A stretch of DNA of 64,000 nucleotides from a bacterium. Lineage in GTDB: Bacteria > UBA8248 > JACPRG01 > G963555815. The position numbers and the translations under genes were made by a program. Below are positions 50,957-61,580 of the stretch, in pieces (position 1 is the stretch's first letter; every line of letters begins with the position of its first letter). The DNA is taken from positions 544,001-608,000 of the forward strand of contig CBDHDG010000007.1 of the NCBI GenBank assembly GCA_965261595.1, written 5' to 3'. Below the pieces are notes generated by a model. The model searched no databases. It was not told where the DNA came from and was given only the letters and a program-made list of their open reading frames with translations.

Positions 50957-51865
50957 ATGACACGCCCAGATCGGGATCACCCAAAACACGCCTTTCGCCT
51001 CGGCTCGATGGAGCTGCCCGTCCGGGAGGACGGCGCGAGCGCCTTCGTCCCCCCAGCCCAGTTCTACATCCCGGCCGACGGCGCGCTGGAAAAGGTCATG
51101 TGGGCGGTGTCCCAAAGCCTCCCCGTCCTCCTCATCGGTGAAACCGGCGTCGGTAAAACCCTCGCCATCCGCCACCTGGCCCACGAGACCAACAACGGTT
51201 TTCGCCGCGTCAACCTGAACGGGATGACGACCGTGGACGAGTTTGTCGGCAAGCTGATGATCAACGATTCCGGCACGTACTGGTCGAACGGGGTCTTGGT
51301 CCAAGCCATGGAGGCCGGTGACTGGCTCCTCATCGACGAGGTCAACGCCTGTCTGCCGGAAATCGCCTTTTGCCTCCATTCGCTGCTGGACGACGACCGG
51401 ATGATCGTCCTGACGGAATATGACGGGCGGATCATCCGGCCCCATCCGGACTTCCGGCTCTTCGCCACCATGAACCCGTCCGAGGAGCGGAAATACGGCG
51501 GGACCAAACCCCTCAACGAGGCCTTCCTGGACCGTTTTCCCATGACCCTGCGGATAACCTACCTCCCGGAGGATGCCGAGGTCGAAGCGGTCCGGGTCCA
51601 GAGCGGCAACCCCGACGAGGACGCGGTGCGGAAGATGGTCCGGTGCGCGGCGGATTTGCGGGCCGCCATCTCCGAGGAAAAGCTCTTCGGGTCGTGCAGC
51701 ACGCGCCGGGTGATCGACTGGGCCCGCATGGCCCGGCGGTTCGGCCCGCTCGAGGCCGCGCGGCACACGCTGATCAGCAAGGCGCCCGCCTTCGACGCAC
51801 GGGTGATCCAGGACGTCGTCGAGAACTACTTCGGCCCGCCGGACGCGCGGGATCAACCCGAGTAG
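50957..51865 (+). CDS. MoxR-class AAA+ ATPase (CbbQ/NorQ/NirQ-like)
   Basis: Walker A GETGVGKT, Walker B LLIDEVN, HPDFRLFATMNP, AFLDRF, STRR. Confidence 0.92.
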   Translation: MTRPDRDHPKHAFRLGSMELPVREDGASAFVPPAQFYIPADGALEKVMWAVSQSLPVLLIGETGVGKTLAIRHLAHETNNGFRRVNLNGMTTVDEFVGKLMINDSGTYWSNGVLVQAMEAGDWLLIDEVNACLPEIAFCLHSLLDDDRMIVLTEYDGRIIRPHPDFRLFATMNPSEERKYGGTKPLNEAFLDRFPMTLRITYLPEDAEVEAVRVQSGNPDEDAVRKMVRCAADLRAAISEEKLFGSCSTRRVIDWARMARRFGPLEAARHTLISKAPAFDARVIQDVVENYFGPPDARDQPE

Positions 51866-51876
51866 GGAGCGAACCG

Positions 51877-53601
51877 GTGGCGGCCGTCCGGCATTCTCAA
51901 CCCCCTCCAAAACCGAAATCGGATGTTTCCTCCGCCGACGCCGACGCGTTCCGCCGGCTCCGGTGGGAGCGTCTCGCGCAAATCGCCTCTCAAGACTTCA
52001 AGGTGAAGCTGGACTTCGGACCCGGGCACGGGACCGACGGGTCACGGGTCAGCATCCAAAAAGAGGCCAACGCCCTCGCCGAGCGGGGAGAGACCCTCCA
52101 CGAATCGGCCCACCTCTTCGCGGGCAGCGCGCGCGGAAGCCGGCGGGCCGCCGGCCTGTCGGCGGGCCGCCCCGCCGCCGAAGCCCTGGCGATCCACCTG
52201 ATCTGGCACGCGCTCGAAGACGCGCGCGCGGAAAACATCTTCCTCGATCGCTACCCCGGCGCGGACGCCTTTCTGGAGGTGCGCGCGGATAACGATTCCC
52301 GAAGAGACGCCGAGCTGGGAGCGCTCCATCTCCTGGTCCGTCTGGCGTGGGGGATGTACCGCGCCGGGAGAGGGAAGGGGGCCGGCGGCCTGGATGAAGA
52401 CACCCGCCTGGCCCTCGGGATCGTCGGCCCCCTGGTGGAGCGGGCGGCCGCCTGTGAAAACCCGGAGGAGGTCGCCGACACCGCACTGGAAATCTTCCGA
52501 CGTTGCGCGTCTTTCTTCGAGTTGTCCGAACAAGCGCTTTCCGCCCGGGGCGAGCCCCCCGCCACCTCCGGCGCCGAGGACGGCGCGGAAGTCCGATTCG
52601 AAGACGGGGCCGCGGAATATTCCGAAGAGGATGAGGTGGATGGGGAGATGCTCCTCGGCATGGCGCCGGAGGAGCTGGCGAACCTGAGCTTCACGGGTAG
52701 TCCCCGGCTGGACGGGGATTCCCGGCCGAAGGAGATCCATCCCGACGCCCTGGCCCCGGACGAGCGGACCATCGTCCTGCCGCCCGGGGGGCGATTGGAC
52801 GAGTACCAGGACATCCTCTCGGAGGCCGGCAGCCAGGTCCGCGTCATGGTCCAGAGGCTCCAGCGGGTGATTCGCGAGCGGCAGCACGTCCGGTACGCCG
52901 GGGCCTACCGATCGGGGAAGCTGAACCTGGCGAAACTCTGGAAGCAGCGGACCGGAGATTACCGGCTGTTCCAACGGAAGGTCGAGCCGGACCACCTGGA
53001 CGTGGCCTTCTCGCTCCTGGTGGATGAGAGCGGCAGCATGAACCGAAAGAAGAAATTCCTCGTGGCCCGCCGGGCGTCCGTCCTCTGCGCCGAGGCCCTG
53101 GACGGAATCTCGGTCCCCTTCGAAATCATCGGATACTCGACCGAGGCCTCCGAGGCCGTGATGGCCCACAACTGCGGCCACGTCCCGGTGTTCCAATATC
53201 GCCACATCCGACACAGCCGTCTCCAGCACCGGCTCTACAAGACGTTCGACGATTCATTCCGGGCCGTGAGGACACGGCTCGTCCACATCGCGCCCCGGTT
53301 CAACAACTGGGACGAAGAGCACTTGGCGTTCGCCGCGCGCCGCATGGCGGGACGGCCGGAAAACGCCAAGGTCATCATCATCATCTCGGACGGCCAACCC
53401 AACGGGAGCGCGCACAAACTGATCGAGGAGGTGGGGGAGCTGGACCGGCGCGGTTACCGAATCATCGCCGTGGGGATCGAAGACGATTACGTCCGGGAGA
53501 TCTATCCGAACCACGTGGTGGTCGAGGACATGGCTCAGCTCGCGGCGGAGCTGATCGCCCTCCTGGAGCGGGAGCTTCTGGGCCGGCGGGGGCGGAGGTG
53601 A
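51877..53601 (+). CDS. VWA domain protein (NorD/CbbO/CobT-like partner of the AAA ATPase)
   Basis: HESAH..LEDARAE N-domain, acidic linker, MIDAS DESGSM, ISDGQP. Confidence 0.85.
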   Translation: MAAVRHSQPPPKPKSDVSSADADAFRRLRWERLAQIASQDFKVKLDFGPGHGTDGSRVSIQKEANALAERGETLHESAHLFAGSARGSRRAAGLSAGRPAAEALAIHLIWHALEDARAENIFLDRYPGADAFLEVRADNDSRRDAELGALHLLVRLAWGMYRAGRGKGAGGLDEDTRLALGIVGPLVERAAACENPEEVADTALEIFRRCASFFELSEQALSARGEPPATSGAEDGAEVRFEDGAAEYSEEDEVDGEMLLGMAPEELANLSFTGSPRLDGDSRPKEIHPDALAPDERTIVLPPGGRLDEYQDILSEAGSQVRVMVQRLQRVIRERQHVRYAGAYRSGKLNLAKLWKQRTGDYRLFQRKVEPDHLDVAFSLLVDESGSMNRKKKFLVARRASVLCAEALDGISVPFEIIGYSTEASEAVMAHNCGHVPVFQYRHIRHSRLQHRLYKTFDDSFRAVRTRLVHIAPRFNNWDEEHLAFAARRMAGRPENAKVIIIISDGQPNGSAHKLIEEVGELDRRGYRIIAVGIEDDYVREIYPNHVVVEDMAQLAAELIALLERELLGRRGRR

Positions 53602-53700
53602 GGCCGGCGGCGATGCATGCCCCGCGGCGGCCGGATGACCGCCCCGCCCCCAGCAATCCGATTGTGAAGCGGGGCCTCAAACGTTACGGAGTGACGCACG

Positions 53701-54825
53701 ATGATCCGGTCTGAAAGCGAGCTTCAAGAAAGCAATACGACACTCATCCTCAGCGAGCGGGACGTTCAAAGCCTCTTCGAGGGGATGACCGAGGCGGAGG
53801 TTGTCGCCGGGGCCACCGATTGGATAGAGCGGGCCTTCATCGAGCAGGCCGGCGGAGACCTCCGGCTTCACCGCCGGGTGCACGTGGATTACCCGGAAGG
53901 CCGGGGTTACGAGGACGGATCGGTCATTCGCATCCTCCCCTGCATCCTCCCCGGCCTGGGCGTCGCCGCCTTCCGGGCCTACCCGGACCACCACGGCGGC
54001 CGGGTGCTCGACCCATCGAGGAAAGCGGAGGACATCGATTACCGGATGGGGTCGGAGCTTCTCGTCGTGTACGACTACGACAATGGGATGAAGCTGGTCG
54101 CCATCATGAGTCATTATCTCCTGATGAACGCCCGGACGGCCGCGCCCACGGCGCTTTCGGTCCGCCATCTGGCCCGGGAGGATTCGCGCGTCTTCGGCTT
54201 CTTCGGCGCCGGCCGGCACGCGAGCGCGCAGATCAAATCCGTCCTGAACGAGCGGCCCGGGATTGAAGAGGTCCGGCTGTGCGGCCGGACGCCCGCCCGG
54301 CGCGACGCCCTGGCCGAGCGGCTTGCCGGGGGGGGGGAGGGGAAGGTCTCCCAGAAGATCGTCCCCGTGGATCGCCCGGAGGACGCGGTGAAGGGGTGCG
54401 ACATCGTCGTCACATGCACAAACGCCGGGAAGCCGGTCTTCGACGGGGAATGGATCGAGCCGGGAACCCACGTGACGCAGGTGGCGCGCGGCGAGATTGA
54501 CGCGACGACCGTCCGGCGCTCCCGGGTCTTCGCCGTCTGGAAAGACCAGATCCTTCACGATATTCCCCCCATGCAGCCGTTTGGAGACATGGTCGCGTCG
54601 GGCGAGCTGAAAGATGAGGACGTCTCCGAGCTCTCCGACGTCATCGCGGGCAAGGACCCCGGCCGCCGAAGCGGGGACGAAATCACCCTCTGCCCCACGC
54701 AGGGCATGGGCCTGTGGGACGCGGCGGTGGGGAAATGGGCCTACGGGCTGGCGGTCGAAAAGGGGGTCGGACAACCGTTCGTTTTCCGCAACGACCTGAC
54801 ATCCGGCCCCGGCGAATCCGTGTGA
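53701..54825 (+). CDS. Ornithine cyclodeaminase/mu-crystallin family protein
   Basis: RTAAPTA, GAGRHA..Q, DIVVTCT, PGTHV, GR....EIT, GMGLWDAA motifs. Confidence 0.9.
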   Translation: MIRSESELQESNTTLILSERDVQSLFEGMTEAEVVAGATDWIERAFIEQAGGDLRLHRRVHVDYPEGRGYEDGSVIRILPCILPGLGVAAFRAYPDHHGGRVLDPSRKAEDIDYRMGSELLVVYDYDNGMKLVAIMSHYLLMNARTAAPTALSVRHLAREDSRVFGFFGAGRHASAQIKSVLNERPGIEEVRLCGRTPARRDALAERLAGGGEGKVSQKIVPVDRPEDAVKGCDIVVTCTNAGKPVFDGEWIEPGTHVTQVARGEIDATTVRRSRVFAVWKDQILHDIPPMQPFGDMVASGELKDEDVSELSDVIAGKDPGRRSGDEITLCPTQGMGLWDAAVGKWAYGLAVEKGVGQPFVFRNDLTSGPGESV

Positions 54826-54879
54826 TGCTGAAATGTGAGACCTGACCCCGCGCCGTGACCCGATAAGGAGGACTGGACC

Positions 54880-55173
54880 ATGTACGCACGCATGGTCATT
54901 TTCAATTTGGGGCCGGGGATGCGCACGATGGCGCAGACCCTGACCGAGGGAGCGAATGTTCTCTACAATGCACAAAAGGGATTCAAAGATATGACCTACT
55001 TCGGTGACGAAGGTGCGGGCGAATATGGGTCCTTCAGCATATGGGAGTCGAAGGAGGATGCCGAGGCCGCCGCCCGCGCCGTGAATCCGAAGATCGAGGA
55101 GGCCATGATCGGCGTCAGCCTGGGGCCTCCCAGGTTCCGGTTGTTTGAAGTGTTCAAGCCAAACGCGCCATAA
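54880..55173 (+). CDS. Small ABM-like dimeric alpha-beta barrel protein
   Basis: MYAR.., QKGF, S.WESKEDAEAA pattern; AAGGAGG RBS. Confidence 0.7.
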   Translation: MYARMVIFNLGPGMRTMAQTLTEGANVLYNAQKGFKDMTYFGDEGAGEYGSFSIWESKEDAEAAARAVNPKIEEAMIGVSLGPPRFRLFEVFKPNAP

Positions 55174-55176
55174 AGC

Positions 55177-55220
55177 GGAGGGGGGAGAAAAGACTCCCGA
55201 CCCTTTTTCTCCCCCCTCCC
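55177..55220. terminator. Hairpin after the ABM-like gene
   Basis: GGAGGGGGGAGAAAAG..CTTTTTCTCCCCCCTCC inverted repeat. Confidence 0.45.
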
Positions 55221-55283
55221 TCCTCCCCTCCCCCCCGGTTGACCCTTGCCCGGAATGACAATCTTTGCCCCGCGGATACCGCG

Positions 55284-55313
55284 TTGACAAATTTCGGCCC
55301 CGCCGGATAGGCT
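55284..55313 (+). promoter_or_regulatory. Putative sigma70 promoter
   Basis: TTGACA-N18-TAGGCT upstream of the Mo-bisPGD oxidoreductase gene. Confidence 0.45.
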
Positions 55314-55480
55314 GAACGCCTTACACGCGGAAGCGGAATCGTCGCAGCTGTACGTCCTGCGCCGGAAAACATCCGCTCCGCCGTATTCAGCGGGATATTC
55401 CGATTCATTCTCAGCCACCCGATGGGCCCGGATCGCGGCGGAGAGGCGGCCGGGCACCGGGGGGAAAAGGAGGGGGTTCC

Positions 55481-57827
55481 ATGTCCACGGATTCAGTGAC
55501 CGGCGATTCCTCCACCCAAATCATCCGGACGATGTGCCGCAATTGTCACGGCGCGTGCGGGGTCTTTGTAACGGTCAAAGACGGCAAAGCCATCGACATC
55601 AAGGGCGACCCCGATTGTCCGAACAACCTGGGATATCTCTGCACCAAGGGCCGCTACTCGATCTCTTACTCCAACAGTCCCGACCGCATCACCCATCCCA
55701 TGAAACGCGTGGGTCCCCGGGGCTCGGGGGAGTGGGAGCGGGTCTCCTGGGAGGAGGCCTTGGACCTCTTGGAGAAGAAATGCAAGGACGCCATCCGGGA
55801 CTACGGCCCCGAGTACATCGGAAAGGCCTGCGGGACGGGCCGGGAGTGGAACAACTTCGGGAGCCGCTTCTTCAATTCCCTGGGAGCGGTCCTCAACGTG
55901 GGCCGCTCGCCCCTTTGCTACTTCCCCCGCGTGGCCGTCGCCAAGAGCACCCTCGGCGCCAAGATCCCCGTCGCCGACTACTACGGCTGGGGCGGGGAGT
56001 ATCCCAAGTGCGTCATGATGTGGGGAAACGATCCCCTCACCAACGCCGACGGGATGATCAGCAACCGACTGACGCCGACCATAAAGGGCGGGGCCCGGAT
56101 CATCCTCATCGATCCCCTCGAAACCCATTGGGCGAGACGGAACGACTGCTGCTGGCTCCAGATCCGCCCCGTGACGGACGGCGCCCTGGGCCTCGGCATG
56201 TTGAACGTCATCCTGACCGAGGGCCTTTACGACCGCCCCTTCGTCGAGCGCTGGACGAACGCCCCCTTCCTGGTCCGGGAGGACACGGGCGACCTCCTGA
56301 ACGCGGGCGAGGAGAAAGGGGAGGGGGGGGAGCCGAGATATCTCGTTTGGGACGCTGAAACCGGCGGCCCCTGTGCGCCGGATGACTCAAAGCGTCCGGC
56401 GCTTATGGGAACCTACCAGGTGGACGGGGTCTCGTGCGCCCCGCCTGGGACATCCTGCTTGAGCGGGTCCGGGAGTATCCCCCCGAGCGCGTCGCCGAAA
56501 TCTGCTGGGTTCCGGCCGAGAATATTGTCGAGGCCGCGCGCATCTTCGCCACAACCAAGCCGGCCGTCATCCAGTGGGGCAACGCCCTGGACGTCCAGGG
56601 GGTGAACAACTCTCAGACGATGCAGGCGGCCATTCTTCTCATGACCGTGACAGGCACAACCTGGACGTTCCGGGCGGGATGGCCATCTGGGAGCACGGCC
56701 CGTTCGTGGACCCCTTCGGCCCCGAGCACGAGCGGCCGGACCTGCTGCCCGAGAAATCCCGCGCGATGCTGGCCGATTACGGCGCGCGGGAGTTCCCCAT
56801 CCTCGGCATCACCCACGGCTCGCTGGTCAATAACGCCATCGTCGCGGACGAGCTGCCGGTCCAGGTGGTTTCATCATCGGGCACAACTTCCTCCTGACAG
56901 CCGAGGACACCGAGACGTGCCGCCAAGTCATGCACAAGATCCCCTTCTCGGTGACCTTCGACCTGTTCATGACGCCCACGGCCGCGCTGTCCGACCTGTT
57001 CCTGCCGGTGACGACGTGGCTTGAGCGCGACCAGCTCACGGCGCCCTACACCCGCTTCGGCCAGTTCGCGCGCTGCAAGGCGGTCGAGCCGCCCGGCGAG
57101 TGCCGCGACGACGAGGACATCCTCCTGGAGATGGCCCACCGCATGGGTCTCCACGAGGCCTTCCCTTGGAAGACTGTGGAGGAGTATTTCGACTGGCGGC
57201 TGGCCCGAACCCTTCCAGGATCTCAAGCGAGAGGGGCAGTACATCCACCCCCAGACCTACCGCAAACACGAGGGGGACCACTTCCGTAAGGGCGGCGGCT
57301 TCGCGACGCGGACGGGACGGGTCGAGGTGTTCCAGACGACCTTCAAAAAGCACGGCCACGACCCCTTCCCCTTCTACGTCGAGCCGGAAGAGGAGTCGCC
57401 GCACAACGCCGCGCTGTCCGAAGCGTATCCCTTCATCTCGACGACGCGGCGGACCGCCCACTTCTTCCATTCCGGGCACCACCAGGCGCCCGAGCTCCGG
57501 CGGCGCAATCCCGACCCCCTGGTGGAGATGAACCGCAAGGCGGCCGAGGACCTGGGCATCGGCGACGGCGACTGGGTCTGGATCGAAACCCCGAAGGGCC
57601 GCATCCGGCAGAAGGCCAAGCTGCTGGACGGGATCCACCCCCGGGTGATCTGCAACCAGCACGCCTGGTGGTACCCCGAGCGCGAGGGACCCGAGTACGG
57701 ACTCCGGGAGAGCAACCTGAACATGATCACCCGGAACGACCGGGGCCAAGGCTTCGATCCCATCTACGGCGGATCCCAGCTCCGGGGCTTTCTCTGCAAG
57801 GTCTACCGGGCGGAAGAGGCCCCCTGA
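55481..57827 (+). pseudogene. Mo/W-bisPGD oxidoreductase (DMSO reductase family, acetylene-hydratase-like), about 4 frameshifts
   Basis: CRNCHGAC..C 4Fe-4S motif, RITHPMKR, DLFMTPTA..SD..LP, C-terminal molydop-binding domain; frame breaks near 56432, 56657, 56870, 57205. Confidence 0.85.
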
Positions 57828-57884
57828 GGGGCGGGGGAGCCGTTTGGATGGATCGCGCCGAACCGCCGGCAAAGGACGCTCGGG

Positions 57885-57992
57885 TTCATCAAGCTGGTCG
57901 GGATCGAGGGCTTCGAGAATCACCACCCCTTCCAGCTCTCGGGCGGGATGCGGCAGCGGGCTTCTATTTTCCGGGCCTTGATCCACGCCCCG
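57885..57992 (+). pseudogene. Fragment of a NitT/TauT-type ABC ATPase
   Basis: Translates FIKLVGIEGFENHHPFQLSGGMRQRASIFRALIHAP (ABC signature); no Walker A or B. Confidence 0.75.
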
Positions 57993-58016
57993 CCCTTACA
58001 CACGATTCCGCGATAG

Positions 58017-58109
58017 ACATGTAGGGGCCGGGCGCGAGTCGTTGACTCCTGTACCGGCCCTTCCATGCGATCCGCGGATAGGTCATTGATAATATAGGGA
58101 TCAATAGCC
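58017..58109. repeat. ~93-bp dispersed repeat (second copy)
   Basis: Matches 40081-40174 with a few substitutions. Confidence 0.85.
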
Positions 58110-58245
58110 GCCGGCTGAGGGGACGGAATGATTAAGGGCTTTCTTTTTTTCTTTCAGTGAGCCATGCGGGTTCACCCGGACGTTGCGTCCGGCGCGGGGG
58201 CCGGATAAGATACCCGACCCGTCGGATTCACGGAGAAAGATCAAG

Positions 58246-59112
58246 ATGGCGCTTCCTCCCTTCACACTGCACGACCCGGAATCGGCCCTCGACGCCTGCC
58301 GGATGCTCGGCGATTACGGCGACGACGGCGCGGCCATCGCGGGCGGCACGGCTGTGCTGATCCTGATGAAGAGCGGGCTCTACCGGCCGGCCCACCTGGT
58401 GAATCTCAAGGCCCTCGACACGCTCTCCGAAATCCGGTTCGATCCCCGAGCGGGCCTTCACCTGGGCGCGCTGGCGACGCATCGCGCCGTGGAGCGCGAT
58501 CCGGCCGTCCGGGAGCATTACCCTATCCTTTCGAGCACGTACGCCCGCGTGGCCAACGTCCGGGTGAGGAACAGCGCCACGGTCGGCGGCAACCTGGCCC
58601 ACGGCGATTTCCGGATCGATCCCCCGGCCCCCCTCATCGCCCTCGGCGCGAAGATCCACCTGATGGGGACCGGCGGAGAACGCGAGCTTCCCCTGGAGGA
58701 TTTCTTCACCGGCTTCTACGAGACGGCGAAAGCGGAGGGAGAGATCGTGACCGCCGTGACCGTGCCGCCCCCGCCGGCCGGCCTGGCCGGGACGTACCTG
58801 AAATACGTCGGAAACGCCGCGGCCGACTGGCCGACGCTGGGGACGGCGGTGATGCTCCGGACCACGAAGGGGGCGTGCGAAGACCTCCGGGTCGTCTTGA
58901 CCTCCGTGGCGGAAACGCCCGTTAAGGTCGCCGGCCTGGAAGAGCTGGCCTTCGGCCAAGCGTTGACCGAGGACCGGATCGAACAAATCGCCGAGGCCGC
59001 CGCCGCGCAGACCGACCCCATCGAAGACCACCGGGGGTCGGCCTGGTACAAGCGCGAGATGGTGAAGGTCCACGTGAGGCGGGGGATCGAGGCGCTGCTG
59101 GCGTCGAAGTAA
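58246..59112 (+). CDS. Mo-hydroxylase FAD-binding medium subunit
   Basis: IAGGTAV, RVRNSATVGGN, DHRGSAWYKR motifs. Confidence 0.93.
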   Translation: MALPPFTLHDPESALDACRMLGDYGDDGAAIAGGTAVLILMKSGLYRPAHLVNLKALDTLSEIRFDPRAGLHLGALATHRAVERDPAVREHYPILSSTYARVANVRVRNSATVGGNLAHGDFRIDPPAPLIALGAKIHLMGTGGERELPLEDFFTGFYETAKAEGEIVTAVTVPPPPAGLAGTYLKYVGNAAADWPTLGTAVMLRTTKGACEDLRVVLTSVAETPVKVAGLEELAFGQALTEDRIEQIAEAAAAQTDPIEDHRGSAWYKREMVKVHVRRGIEALLASK

Positions 59113-59231
59113 CGCCCTCCTCGGCCGGGCAGGATGCCCGGCCTACCGGTCGGTGGCTAGGGTCTTCAAACAGGTGAGGCGGGCATCTTGCCCGCCATCC
59201 CTTTGGCGACGATTTAGAGGATCCGAAAACG

Positions 59232-61580
59232 ATGGCCCAGGCAATCGTCGGACAATCCATCCCGCGGATCGACGGTCTCCCCAAGGTGACGGGCAACGCG
59301 CGATACATCGCGGACCTCTCCCTTCCGGGCATGCTCCACGCGGCCGTGATGCGGAGCCCGCACCCCCACGCCTTGTTGAAGAGGATCGACGCCGGCGAGG
59401 CCCGAAAAGTCCCCGGCGTGAAAGCCGTCCTCACCGGCCCGGACATCCTGAAGATGGAGGGGATCGACCCCTTCTACGGCCCGGCCTACAAAGACCAGCC
59501 CATCCTGGCCGTCGAGCGCGTCCGTCACGTGGGCGAGGCGGTCGCCGCCGTCGCCGCGGACACCCGCGAGGCGGCGGAGGAGGCCCTTTCGCTGGTCCGG
59601 GTCGAATACGAGCCGATTCCCGCCGTCCACACGGTGTTGGACGCCGTCCGGCCCGACGCCCCCCTCGTCCACGAGAACATCGTGCCGGCCAACACCTTCG
59701 CCGACCTGTCCAACCTGAAGGGCGGAAAGTCCAACATCAACTTTCATTTCAAGCTGCGCAAGGGCGACGCCGAGAAGGCCCTGAAGGAGGCCGCCGTCGT
59801 CTTCGAGGACGATTTCATCTCCCCCCCGGCCTCCCACGCCCACCTGGAGCCCCACGGGGTCCTCGCCCGGTGGGACGCGAACGGCAAGCTCACCCTCTGG
59901 TCGGGAACGCAGAGCCCCTCGCTGGTCCGCATCGACTTGGCGGGGATCTACGGCGTTCCCCTCAACCGGGTCCGGGTCATCGTGCCCTACCTCGGCGGCG
60001 CCTACGGCGGAAAGCTCTACGATAAGCTCGAGCCCATCACGACCCTCCTGGCCAAGGTGACCATGAGACCCGTGCGGTGGATCCTGAACCGGGAAGAGGT
60101 CTTCGTGACCACCTCCAAGCATGGAGCGGTCTGCCGGATGCGAACGGGGGTTTCCACGGAAGGCAGGATCTCCGTCCGGAAGGTCGCCGTGTACTACGAC
60201 ACCGGGGCCTACGCGGAGGTCGGACCCCGCATCGCCTACAAGACCGGGTTCACGGCGGCGGGACCCTACCGGATCCCCAACGTCTGGATCGACTCCTACT
60301 GCGTTTACACCCACAAGACCCCCGCCGGTCCGTTCCGCGGCTTCGGCGTCCCCCAGGTGGCCTTCGCCTACGAGACCCACATGGAGAAGGTGGCCCACCA
60401 CCTGGGACGCGACCCGGTCGAGCTCAGACTGGAGTACGCCTACGAAGAGGGGGACTTCTTCGCCTCGGGAACAAAGCTCCACAGCCTGGGCCACAAGGAT
60501 TCGCTCATAAAATGCGCCGAGGCCATCGGCTGGACGCCCGGCCCCCGAAAACCCCCCTCATCGCTCCCCGCCCGGGGAAAGCGGCGCGGCAAGGGGTGCG
60601 CCCTCGGCCTCAAGTCCGTCCTCACGCCCTCCACGTCCGGGGCGATCCTGGAAATGGGAAGCGACGGAAGCCTGAACGTCCTCACCTCCGCTGTCGAGAT
60701 GGGGCAAGGCTCGGACACGATCTTCTGCCAGATCGCCGCCGAGGAGATGTGCGTGCCGTTCGAGAAGGTGGGCATCGTCGGGCCGGACACCGACATCACC
60801 CCCTACGACACCCTGACCGCGGGGAGCCGGTCCACGTTCCACGTCGGCCGGGCGATCCAACTGGCCGCCACCGACTTGAAGCGGCAGTTCATCGAGATCG
60901 GCGCCGAGGCGCTGGAGGTGAGCGAAGAGCAGATCGAGTTTCACGACGGCGGAGTCCGGGTCGTGGGCATGCCGAAACGCAATCTCACGCAGGGGGATAT
61001 CTTCACCCGGCGGTTCAAGGGCGCGAAGGGAACAACGCTCGTCGGACAGGGGGTCTGCCAGACCTCCGTCGCGCCCACCGACAAGGAAACCGGCCAGTCG
61101 GAGAACATGACGGCGTTCTGGTTCGGCGGGGCCTCCGCCGCGGAGGTCGAGGTGGACTGCGAGACGGGGACGGTTCAGGTGCTGAAGTTCGCCGGGGGCG
61201 CGGACGTGGGGAAGGCCATCCACCCCGCGCACTGCGACCAGCAGGTCGTCGGGGCCGCCATTACGACGCTGGGGTTGACGCTGTTCGAGTCGATGCGCTT
61301 CGAGCAGGGGCAGCTCACCAACGCCTCCTTCCTCGAATACATCCTCCAGGCGTTCGGCGACGTCCCCCGGGACCTCACTTCCCACATCCTGGAAACCCCC
61401 CACCGCGACGGCCCCTACGGCGCGAAGGGCGTCGGCGAGACGGGCACGATGTCGGCCATCCCGGCCGTGACCGCCGCCATTTTCGACGCGACGGGCGTCT
61501 GGATCCACGAAATCCCCATCACGCCGGAAAGCGTCCTGCGGGCGCTGCGCGGACACAACGGAGGCGGCGAGCGTCCATGA
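59232..61580 (+). CDS. Xanthine dehydrogenase family molybdopterin-binding large subunit
   Basis: RSPHPHA, HAHLEPH, GGAYGGK, FRGFG, EMGQG, GAKGVGE motifs. Confidence 0.95.
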   Translation: MAQAIVGQSIPRIDGLPKVTGNARYIADLSLPGMLHAAVMRSPHPHALLKRIDAGEARKVPGVKAVLTGPDILKMEGIDPFYGPAYKDQPILAVERVRHVGEAVAAVAADTREAAEEALSLVRVEYEPIPAVHTVLDAVRPDAPLVHENIVPANTFADLSNLKGGKSNINFHFKLRKGDAEKALKEAAVVFEDDFISPPASHAHLEPHGVLARWDANGKLTLWSGTQSPSLVRIDLAGIYGVPLNRVRVIVPYLGGAYGGKLYDKLEPITTLLAKVTMRPVRWILNREEVFVTTSKHGAVCRMRTGVSTEGRISVRKVAVYYDTGAYAEVGPRIAYKTGFTAAGPYRIPNVWIDSYCVYTHKTPAGPFRGFGVPQVAFAYETHMEKVAHHLGRDPVELRLEYAYEEGDFFASGTKLHSLGHKDSLIKCAEAIGWTPGPRKPPSSLPARGKRRGKGCALGLKSVLTPSTSGAILEMGSDGSLNVLTSAVEMGQGSDTIFCQIAAEEMCVPFEKVGIVGPDTDITPYDTLTAGSRSTFHVGRAIQLAATDLKRQFIEIGAEALEVSEEQIEFHDGGVRVVGMPKRNLTQGDIFTRRFKGAKGTTLVGQGVCQTSVAPTDKETGQSENMTAFWFGGASAAEVEVDCETGTVQVLKFAGGADVGKAIHPAHCDQQVVGAAITTLGLTLFESMRFEQGQLTNASFLEYILQAFGDVPRDLTSHILETPHRDGPYGAKGVGETGTMSAIPAVTAAIFDATGVWIHEIPITPESVLRALRGHNGGGERP

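Noticed and set aside
8741..61580. Aerobic CO dehydrogenase (coxMSL) assignment
   Set aside because: None of the three large subunits has the AYxCSFR loop; they read MRGFG, YRGFG and FRGFG
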